Below are positions 9,676-17,451 of a stretch of DNA of 32,000 nucleotides, one piece after another. This DNA comes from an uncultured Clostridia bacterium (GTDB taxonomy: Bacteria; Bacillota_I; Bacilli_A; RF39; UBA660). Each line of letters begins with the position of its first letter. Position 1 is the first letter of the stretch. Under the pieces are notes generated by a model. The model had not been told where the DNA came from. It was given only the letters and a program-made list of their open reading frames with translations, and did not search any database. Where the stretch lies: NCBI GenBank assembly GCA_947643225.1, contig CANRVH010000006.1:18330-50329 (forward strand), written 5' to 3'. The position numbers were made by a program, and so were the translations under genes.

Positions 9676-10691
9676 AATTCCTCCTTTTTACTTCTAAGTT
9701 GACCGCAAGCTGCACTAATTTTAGAACCAAACTCTCGTCTTATAGTTACATTTATATTATTTTTCTTTAGTATATCATAAAATTTTGTTATTTGAAATAC
9801 TTCACTTCGTCTAAAGGAAATATTTTCCGTTTCATTATATGGTATTATGTTTACATAACAGTTGATTCCTTTTAATAGGGTGCTAAGTTCTTTTGCACAA
9901 GTCATACTATCGTTTATGTCTCTTAGCATGATGTATTCAAACGTTACTCGTCTATTTGTTTTATCACTATATTTTTTTACTGCTTTTATCATTTCTTCTA
10001 TAGGATAAACTTGATTAATAGGCATAATTTTATTTCTTATTTCATTATTTGGGGCATGTAGACTAATCGCTAAATTTACTTGATAGGGAAAATTCATAAA
10101 TTCATAAATTTTAGGTACAATTCCACAAGTTGAAATTGTTATATGCCTACTTCCTATCTGCAGTCCAAAGGGATTATTGATGATTTTGACAAAATTCATT
10201 ACTGCTTCATAGTTGTCAAAAGGTTCGCCTATCCCCATAATAACTACATGGCTAATCTTACTACCTAAATTTTCTTCTACTAAAAGAAGTTGAGTGACCA
10301 TTTCACTTGTTGTTAAGTTACGGACTTTTTTTCTTCTTCCTGATTCACAAAATTTACATCCCATATTACATCCTACTTGGGAAGAGACGCAAATACTATT
10401 ACCATAATCATGTTTCATTAAAACTGCTTCAATATGTTTATGATCTTTTAATCTAAATAAATATTTATTAACGTCCTTATCCTTTTCAACTTTTACTATT
10501 TTAACAGTTTCTAAGGGTAAGTCTTCTTTTAATTTATTGATTATCTCTTTTTTGATATCCGTGACTTCATCATATGAGGTTATCTTTTTTTGATAAAGCC
10601 ATTTATATAGTTGTTTTGCTTTGAATTTTTTTTCATTTATATTTAAGAAATATTCTTCTAACTCTTCTAAATTTTTGTCGTAAATATTCAT
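9672..10691 (-). CDS. rlmN: 23S rRNA/tRNA (adenine-C2)-methyltransferase RlmN, radical SAM
   Basis: CNMGCKFC radical-SAM triad, GIGEP, and the C-terminal ACGQL catalytic Cys. The ORF-track start at 10763 adds 24 hydrophobic residues with no homology logic. I prefer the ATG at 10689-10691 (MNIYDKNLEELE...). Confidence 0.88.
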   Translation of the reverse strand: MNIYDKNLEELEEYFLNINEKKFKAKQLYKWLYQKKITSYDEVTDIKKEIINKLKEDLPLETVKIVKVEKDKDVNKYLFRLKDHKHIEAVLMKHDYGNSICVSSQVGCNMGCKFCESGRRKKVRNLTTSEMVTQLLLVEENLGSKISHVVIMGIGEPFDNYEAVMNFVKIINNPFGLQIGSRHITISTCGIVPKIYEFMNFPYQVNLAISLHAPNNEIRNKIMPINQVYPIEEMIKAVKKYSDKTNRRVTFEYIMLRDINDSMTCAKELSTLLKGINCYVNIIPYNETENISFRRSEVFQITKFYDILKKNNINVTIRREFGSKISAACGQLRSKKEEL

Positions 10692-11180
10692 TTTCTCACA
10701 TCCAATATTATTATATATTAAAATGAAGAAAAACTCCATGCTAACAAAAAAGAAATTAATCATCCTCTCTTAATTCCTTGGACATTCATGTTATATATAA
10801 TTTTGGTATTAATTATTTTGATATTTCATTAAAATAATTTAACATATTATAGGAAAATATATAAAAAACAAGAATTAGTTGCAAACAAATTTATTGATAA
10901 TGGTCCATAATATACTTCCTATCAGATAACTTTAATATAAGCCTTTGCAGAAATTAAAATTATATCATTGGTGTCTGTTATTAATAAAGGGATTACTAAT
11001 AATCATACGCTATGTGCAAATTTGTCTATTATTTTAATTTGATGAGTCGAAATTTTTATCTTACAAATCCATATTTAATTTTTTTATAAAATAATTCTTA
11101 CTTTTTACGAAAATGCTAAATGCGTTTTTTACCTCTTCGTATTTTTTATTTATTATCTTTTAGATAATTTCTCCTATTCG

Positions 11181-12110
11181 CTATTTTGTTACTTCAACAA
11201 CCGCCCGCGCACCATTCTCCATGTACACGAAGTCATTTCCTAACCTACCTACCATTATATACCAAGCGTAGTTCGAGTAAGTGGAATAAGCCGAAGACGA
11301 CCAATATACACTTGCTGAAGAATCATTCTCTGTTCCTCCATTATTTGTTGAATTATTTAAATAGTTATACATCCATATTGGACATGATTGACTACTATTA
11401 TTACATCCAAAACTTGCTGCCTCCTGTAATGTGATTAATCTTGCTTTTGCTGTTCTACTTCCTAATGTATAGGTATTTTTTGTACATGAATTATAAGCAC
11501 TACATCCTGTATTTGTTCCTAAGGTATAGATTTGATTATTAACGTTACTCCATCCTGATGTTGCATTCTCTAGTGATGTTAATACTGTTAATGGCCCTTT
11601 CTTGTTATTTCCAAATGTTCCGTATTCTGCGTTTGTTCCTCCTGCTGCTATATAATCTTCTTTACTTATCCATGATGTTTCATTAATTGTATTTCTTTGA
11701 CTCTGCATCGTTATTTTACTTCCATTATCTCTCATGACATGGAAATTTACTATATCTGTATCATTTACTCTATATCTAATAATTGTTCCTACTGGACAAC
11801 TATTTTCTGTTTTATTCTTATAACACATTGTTTTCTGACATGTTTCTTCCTTTCCTGTTACACAATAATTACTCGCTCCACTTGTTTGATTATATGTATA
11901 GGCTTCTACAAAATTTCCTATTCTTACTTTATTATATAGTTCATCAATCGCTCCTTGGACATTCGTTGAAGAAAGTCCTGAATTAACATTAGAATAAGTA
12001 ATATAACTACCCATAATTGTAGTTACTGCATGCACTCCACCACTTGCTAATATTAATCCTATTATAATTCCTAATAATACTTTAACGTTTTCTTTCCATA
12101 ATCTCTTCAT
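11181..12110 (-). CDS. Cys-rich secreted or membrane-anchored surface protein with a lectin-like C-terminal module
   Basis: 309 aa. N-terminal anchor LLGIIIGLILASGGVHA, a conserved SNVNSGLSSTNVQGAIDELYNKV box, several Cys pairs, and a C-terminal ...ARLITLQEA...YWSSS...AWYIMV...ENGARAVVEVTK pattern of the DUF1566/CLec-like type. A degraded paralogue lies at 2252-3129. Confidence 0.7.
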   Translation of the reverse strand: MKRLWKENVKVLLGIIIGLILASGGVHAVTTIMGSYITYSNVNSGLSSTNVQGAIDELYNKVRIGNFVEAYTYNQTSGASNYCVTGKEETCQKTMCYKNKTENSCPVGTIIRYRVNDTDIVNFHVMRDNGSKITMQSQRNTINETSWISKEDYIAAGGTNAEYGTFGNNKKGPLTVLTSLENATSGWSNVNNQIYTLGTNTGCSAYNSCTKNTYTLGSRTAKARLITLQEAASFGCNNSSQSCPIWMYNYLNNSTNNGGTENDSSASVYWSSSAYSTYSNYAWYIMVGRLGNDFVYMENGARAVVEVTK

Positions 12111-12177
12111 CTTAATATTCTTCCTATCTTATTTTACAGTCGATTTTTGTCGTATATTCTTACCTTTATTTTCTTCC

Positions 12178-12211
12178 ATTATAAACCAACCCCCCCCCCC
12201 CACTTTGTCAA
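12178..12211 (-). promoter_or_regulatory. sigmaA-type promoter with a G12 tract inside the -35/-10 spacer; candidate phase-variable promoter of the 11181-12110 gene
   Basis: The minus strand reads TTGACA (12211-12206), a 22-nt spacer (aagt + G12 + ttggtt), then TATAAT (12183-12178). Both hexamers are consensus. The spacer is about 4-5 nt longer than optimal and consists mostly of the homopolymer. Confidence 0.5.
12190..12201 (-). repeat. homopolymeric G12 tract (C12 on the plus strand)
   Basis: Twelve consecutive C at 12190-12201 in a very AT-rich genome. Also forms the 3' arm of the hairpin CCTCCACTT-gaca-AAGTGGGGG downstream of the 12239-12991 gene. Confidence 0.95.
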
Positions 12212-12238
12212 GTGGAGGAGAAGGGTTGTTTACTTATT

Positions 12239-12991
12239 TTAATATTCTTTTTCGATTTTTTCGATTTCTCCAAATCTAGAGTAATTAATGATTAATTTAT
12301 ATTCATAAATGGATTGATCATAATAATGGAAATAATCGGTTAAATCCATATCTATTTCTGCTAAATCTCCATTTTTATCGAGTTTAGCGGTTATGGTATT
12401 TCCTTTACTATCAATATCTGTTTCTATTTGATCTAAATTTCTTAGTAATGTCGTGGTACTAATTTCATATGTATAATCTTCCTGTGAACTGTTGATATAT
12501 TCTGTTTTCGAAATATATGTTCCATGAATAAACATTTTTTTTAGATTAGTTGCTTCTAATATTTTACTAAATTCCATGGGATTTATGCTTTTTTCATAAA
12601 GTAGGGAATTCGTATTTTTTAGATAATAATTATTTCCTTGACTGTAGTAATTGATAGAAGGAGTTCCACTTTTTATAAATTTTTGATTTTCTTTATTTCT
12701 ATCCCCTTCATAAATTATTGTTTTGTTATTTTTAATTATTTTATAATTAAAATGATAATTATTATCTTCTATTTTTTTTAAATTAAAACTGATTCCATAG
12801 CCTGAATTTTTTTTTGATAATACCTGATTAGTATTTGTGAGGCTACCTCTTAATAAGATTACAATAAAAACAAAGAAGATAATGTAAAAACCAAAGAAAA
12901 GGATTTGTTTTAACTCTGGATTATCTTCGAACATTTCTTGAACCTTATTTTTTTCTCTCATGTCTTTTGGAATTTTACTCATATTTTTCAC
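12239..12991 (-). CDS. hypothetical bitopic membrane protein
   Basis: 250 aa with one TM helix (ILFFGFYIIFFVFIVILL) and an Asn/Tyr-rich extracytoplasmic domain. Overlaps the fmt stop, so the start is uncertain (alternative Met codons at 12982 and 12961). Confidence 0.55.
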   Translation of the reverse strand: MKNMSKIPKDMREKNKVQEMFEDNPELKQILFFGFYIIFFVFIVILLRGSLTNTNQVLSKKNSGYGISFNLKKIEDNNYHFNYKIIKNNKTIIYEGDRNKENQKFIKSGTPSINYYSQGNNYYLKNTNSLLYEKSINPMEFSKILEATNLKKMFIHGTYISKTEYINSSQEDYTYEISTTTLLRNLDQIETDIDSKGNTITAKLDKNGDLAEIDMDLTDYFHYYDQSIYEYKLIINYSRFGEIEKIEKEY

Positions 12992-13907
12992 CCACTAGAT
13001 TATCTTTACAACCATTTAGATAATCTTTTGCTTTCATTCTTTTTTTTCCTTCTGGTTTGATATCTGTAATCACATAAATATAGTCTTTTGTACTAACTCC
13101 TATTCCTTCTTTGTATAATTTAGTAATTATACCTGTTTCTTGATTTGATTTTTCTGTTGTTTGGTACCCATCATATATTTTTATCTTTTTATCATTTAAT
13201 TTTACAAAACAACCAGGAGTTGGCGATAGGCCTCTTACTTGATTAAAAACCTCTTTACAACTTTTATTAAAATTAAGATGTTCATCACTTGGAGTAATAT
13301 TATAGGCATAAGTTACTTTATTTTGATCCTGTTTTATTCTTTTATTTGTTCCCTTTATAATATTTGGCAGTGTTTCTAGTAATAAATCTTTTCCTAACTG
13401 ACTTAATTTATTCGTTAGTATTTCTAAGTTATCTTCTTGATTTATTGGAATTTCTTTTTGCGTAATGATATCTCCACTATCCATTAATTTATCCATATAC
13501 ATAATAGTAATACCTGTTACTTTTTCCCCTGTTATTATTGCTCTTTGAATAGGAGCTCCTCCTCTAAATTTAGGAAGAAGTGAGGCATGGACATTGATAC
13601 AACCATATTTTGGATCATTTAAAATTTCTTCTGGTATAATTTGTCCATAGGCACAGGTTATTACTATATCTGGTTTTGCATCTAGCACTTTTTGGTATTC
13701 TTTTTTTATTTTTTCTGGTTTTTCTATTGGAATATTATTTTTTTCTGCACATAAAGAAACTGGGCTAGGCGCTAATTCCTGTTTTCTACCTACTTTTTTA
13801 TCTGGTTGACTAACTACTAATACTACTTCATAATCTTGATGATTGATCAAGCTTTCTAAAATAGGAACACTAAACTCAGGAGTTCCCATAAAAACGATTC
13901 TTACCAT
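12975..13907 (-). CDS. fmt: methionyl-tRNA formyltransferase
   Basis: 310 aa with RIVFMGTPEF, INVHASLLPKFRGGAPIQ (the HxSLLPxxRG motif) and a C-terminal OB-like domain. Confidence 0.92.
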   Translation of the reverse strand: MVRIVFMGTPEFSVPILESLINHQDYEVVLVVSQPDKKVGRKQELAPSPVSLCAEKNNIPIEKPEKIKKEYQKVLDAKPDIVITCAYGQIIPEEILNDPKYGCINVHASLLPKFRGGAPIQRAIITGEKVTGITIMYMDKLMDSGDIITQKEIPINQEDNLEILTNKLSQLGKDLLLETLPNIIKGTNKRIKQDQNKVTYAYNITPSDEHLNFNKSCKEVFNQVRGLSPTPGCFVKLNDKKIKIYDGYQTTEKSNQETGIITKLYKEGIGVSTKDYIYVITDIKPEGKKRMKAKDYLNGCKDNLVGEKYE

Positions 13908-13911
13908 ATTA

Positions 13912-15108
13912 TCATCCTCCTAATTTACTGATTACAATCATCGCTGTTACTCCTATAGATATTAATAGTAATCCTGCTAACATAAAGACTGAGGCAAAGC
14001 CATAGGAAGTTTTATTTATCTTAGTTAATTTTTCTTGAATTTTAACAGGTGAAATTGTTTTTAATTCTTCAATTTCTTCTTGAGTAGTTGTTTGTTCTTG
14101 ATCAAGAATAGACTTATAACTAGGAATATCCATTATTTCAAAAGATCGTGGTGAAATTTCTTCTTCTAAATCATAACTTCCATATCTACTTTCTAAAATC
14201 ATGGCTACTGATTCTAAGATATCTTTATCTTTAGAACAAGAAATAATTTCTTCTATATCTTTTAAATAATTTCTTTTTAAATCACTTCTTTTAATAAAGG
14301 CTATACAACCATGACTATTACTAATATTATCCTCTTTCCAGATATCCATAAAATGATTGATTATCGTTATTTGTTCCTCAGTAGTCATGTTTTTATTATT
14401 CATATACTGGTCTAAATTTTTTTTAAAGAGATGAACATCTTTTGTATAAAAGCAACTTGTATCATAATCTTTATCATTAAAAATACCACTTGTTGCAAAT
14501 TTTTCTAAATAATCTGGACCTAAAAAAGCAAAGTAGCATGCTATTATAAAATTATCAGTAATATCACTTTCTACCCTTTTTATAATATCTCTTCGTTCAT
14601 ATTTTTTTAAAATTTCATTTATTTCGTCTAATCTAAAATCTAAAATAAATCCCTCTTTTTTGATTCCTGAAAAGCTGACTTCTTTCTTATTACTGCTAGA
14701 TATTCCATAATAAAAATACCCTTCTATAATGTACTTTTCATAGATATAGTGAAGAATTTTCTCTTTTGATTCATTTAGCTTATAATTGCTAATATTTAAT
14801 TGTTTAGCTACCATTTTCATAATTAGAAGATTTATTCCTTTAGATATTTCTTGGTAAGTGTTCATTTTTTTAATAATTCTTTTTAAATTCCCAATGTATT
14901 CTTCTATTAGATTTTCATCTTCTATAATGATATCAAATTTGATTAGTGCATCCATTACTAAAAATATTGCATAGTGATGATCCATAAAATAATTATTAGT
15001 AAATGGTAAAGATATTTTTAGTTTACTATAACGTTCGTTATTTAGGACTTCTTTTATTAAATATTTTGTATCACTTCGTTCCATTATTTTTGCAAATAAT
15101 TTAGTCAT
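13912..15108 (-). CDS. hypothetical protein with a C-terminal membrane anchor
   Basis: 398 aa. Helical soluble region, then a C-terminal TM helix (FASVFMLAGLLLISIGVTAMIVI). It occupies the slot between priA and fmt where def sits in Bacillus. No family recognised. Confidence 0.55.
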   Translation of the reverse strand: MTKLFAKIMERSDTKYLIKEVLNNERYSKLKISLPFTNNYFMDHHYAIFLVMDALIKFDIIIEDENLIEEYIGNLKRIIKKMNTYQEISKGINLLIMKMVAKQLNISNYKLNESKEKILHYIYEKYIIEGYFYYGISSSNKKEVSFSGIKKEGFILDFRLDEINEILKKYERRDIIKRVESDITDNFIIACYFAFLGPDYLEKFATSGIFNDKDYDTSCFYTKDVHLFKKNLDQYMNNKNMTTEEQITIINHFMDIWKEDNISNSHGCIAFIKRSDLKRNYLKDIEEIISCSKDKDILESVAMILESRYGSYDLEEEISPRSFEIMDIPSYKSILDQEQTTTQEEIEELKTISPVKIQEKLTKINKTSYGFASVFMLAGLLLISIGVTAMIVISKLGG

Positions 15109-15169
15109 AAGAGTAACCTCCTATCATCAAGATAAGTATATCATATAAACTAAATGTTTGCATAGATTT

Positions 15170-17332
15170 TTATGAAAAGTACCTAGGATTAAAATTTAAG
15201 TCTACTTTTACTTTTCTATTGCTTTTGTAAGCAGAAAGCATTTTATTTAAGACTTCTTCTAAGTTATTTTGTTTTTTGTATTTTAAAATCATTCCATAAC
15301 GATAAATATTTTTTATTTTAAAAATGGCACTTGCACTTGGTCCTAGAATCGTGGTATTATCTAGATATTTTACTAGTGACTTTTTTATTTTTAGAGCTTC
15401 TTTATAACAAATATTACTATCTTTTCCACTTATTCTAATATAAATTAAAAAGTAATATGGTGGATATTTTAATTTTTTTCTTAACATCATTTCTTTTTCA
15501 TAAAAGCCTAAATAATCGTGTTTTTTTACATCATCTATAACATAATGATCAGGATTAAAAGTTTGAATTATCACTTCCCCTATTTTACTACTTCTTCCAC
15601 TTCTTCCTGCTACTTGGCTCAGTAAAGAAAAGGTTACCTCACTACTTCGGAAATTGGGAATATTTAAGGATGTATCTGCATTAATTACTCCTACTAAGGT
15701 AACATCTTCAAAGTCTAATCCTTTAGCTACTATTTGGGTTCCTAATAAAATATTATATTTTTTTTCTTTAAAACTTGAAATAATTTTTTCATGTGCTCCC
15801 TTTTTACTTGTTGTATCAAAATCCATTCTGATTACTTTGGCTTGAGGGATATATTGAGATAGTTCTTCTTCGATTTTTTCTGTTCCCACTCCAATTGCTG
15901 AAAGAGATTTTTCTTGACACTTTGGACAAAGTTCTTTTTTTAAACTAGCATACCCACAATAGTGACATCTTAGATTATTCGACGATAAATGATAGGTTAA
16001 AGTAATATCACAATTTGGACACTTTGCTACATAACCACAGTTTTTACAACTGATAAATGAAGAATATCCTCTTCTATTCAAAAGCAGAATGACTTGTTCA
16101 TTTTTTTCAATTCTTTTATTAATTTGCTCTATTAACTCTTGAGAAAAATGTCCTTTACTCGTTCTTATTTTTTTGTTCATATCAATAATTTCTACTTTAG
16201 GAAGTGGTTTTTTATTGACTCGTTCTGTAAGATTTACTAAATGGTAAACCTCTTTCCTTGCTCTGGCAAAACTTTCTAATGAAGGAGTGGCACTTCCCAA
16301 TACTACTTTACAGCCTGGATTTAATTTACATCTTTCAATAGCCATTTCTCTAGCATCATATTTAGGATTGTAATCATCCTGTTTATAGGTATCACTATGT
16401 TCTTCATCAATGATGATGATACCTAGATTATCAACAGGACTAAATAATGCACTTCTAGCACCAATTACAATAGAGGCTTCTTTTCGATCTATTCTTCTCC
16501 ACTCATCATATTTTTCTCCCTCTGATAATGCTGAATGAATAGCAGCGATATTATGGCCAAATCTTTTGGTAAAGCGACTAATCATTTGAGGTGTCAAACT
16601 AATTTCTGGTACTAAAACAATTGCTGTTTTTCCTTCTTTTAAAACTTGATCGATTAACTCCATATAAATTTCTGTTTTCCCTGAACCGGTTACCCCATGA
16701 AGTAAATAAATTTGATCATGACTAGAATTAATTTCATTGATTACTTGTTGTTGCTTTTCTGTTAGAGGATATTTTTCTATTAAGGTATCTTGATATTCTA
16801 GCCGATAGTGCTCTTTTTTTTCGGCGATCAAAACTCCTTTATCTACTAATGTTGTTAGTCTAGTATTAGAAATATTGGTCAATTCTTTTTTACTTATTAT
16901 TTCTTGTTTCTTAAATAGATTAACGATTTCTTCTTGTTTGGAATTTAATTTTTCTGTTATTTTTCCTAGTCGATAGACTGTATCATATTTTTTATTAATT
17001 TGCACTTTCTTTTTTGCTTTTAGCGCTTTAGGTAGCATAATTTGATAACAACTAATCAAAGTAGATAGTGTTTTTTCTTGCATGATTTTTCCTAAAGTTA
17101 ATAATTCGTTATTTAAAATATGTTCATGGTCTATTATGGAAATAATTGATTTTGTATCTATTTCTGTTTTATCTTTTATCCTTACGATAAAACCCTCTAA
17201 TTTTTGCCTTCCAAATGGTACTAAAACTCTAATTCCTAGTTTAATCTCTTTTTCTAGATTGGAAGGAACGGAGTAATCAAATACTTTGTCTATATTTTTA
17301 TTGGATAATTCAACTAAAACTCCAGCTATCAT
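15170..17332 (-). CDS. priA: primosomal protein N' (replication restart helicase PriA)
   Basis: 720 aa with Walker A GVTGSGKTE, DEEH box, a CxxC...CxxC zinc-binding insert (CKNCGY..CPNCD..CHYCG..CPKC) and helicase motif VI (QVAGRSGR). Confidence 0.92.
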   Translation of the reverse strand: MIAGVLVELSNKNIDKVFDYSVPSNLEKEIKLGIRVLVPFGRQKLEGFIVRIKDKTEIDTKSIISIIDHEHILNNELLTLGKIMQEKTLSTLISCYQIMLPKALKAKKKVQINKKYDTVYRLGKITEKLNSKQEEIVNLFKKQEIISKKELTNISNTRLTTLVDKGVLIAEKKEHYRLEYQDTLIEKYPLTEKQQQVINEINSSHDQIYLLHGVTGSGKTEIYMELIDQVLKEGKTAIVLVPEISLTPQMISRFTKRFGHNIAAIHSALSEGEKYDEWRRIDRKEASIVIGARSALFSPVDNLGIIIIDEEHSDTYKQDDYNPKYDAREMAIERCKLNPGCKVVLGSATPSLESFARARKEVYHLVNLTERVNKKPLPKVEIIDMNKKIRTSKGHFSQELIEQINKRIEKNEQVILLLNRRGYSSFISCKNCGYVAKCPNCDITLTYHLSSNNLRCHYCGYASLKKELCPKCQEKSLSAIGVGTEKIEEELSQYIPQAKVIRMDFDTTSKKGAHEKIISSFKEKKYNILLGTQIVAKGLDFEDVTLVGVINADTSLNIPNFRSSEVTFSLLSQVAGRSGRSSKIGEVIIQTFNPDHYVIDDVKKHDYLGFYEKEMMLRKKLKYPPYYFLIYIRISGKDSNICYKEALKIKKSLVKYLDNTTILGPSASAIFKIKNIYRYGMILKYKKQNNLEEVLNKMLSAYKSNRKVKVDLNFNPRYFS

Positions 17333-17383
17333 ATTTTTCCCTCCTTAATTATATTATAAGGTACCTGCCTATTAAAACAAAGA

Positions 17384-17414
17384 AAAATTGTTAATGAAAT
17401 TTATTAACAATTTT
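17384..17414 (-). terminator. putative rho-independent terminator downstream of the pilin-like gene
   Basis: Perfect 12-bp inverted repeat aaaattgttaat (17384-17395) / attaacaatttt (17403-17414) with a 7-nt loop. Followed on the minus strand by the T-rich TCTTTGTTTT. Confidence 0.5.
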
Positions 17415-17451
17415 AATCTTTCACTATTTTACTTCTGAGTACTATATTAAA

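Noticed and set aside
10770-10792. 13-nt match (tccttggacattc) between the rlmN upstream region and the surface-protein gene (about 11949-11961), possibly a third gene-fragment copy
   Set aside because: The match is too short to stand out from chance in a 32-kb window compared on both strands. The flanking sequence shows no extended similarity and no readable homologous frame.
11186-11330. C-terminus of the 11181-12110 gene as a second (remote) VR of the same TR
   Set aside because: Manual alignment to the TR gives only short matches (for example AATGGTA). Mismatches occur at non-adenine template positions, and the invariant TR ends (CGCCCGCGTTGTG, GGAGGTGCTCGCCCAG) are absent. Any similarity is at protein-fold level only.
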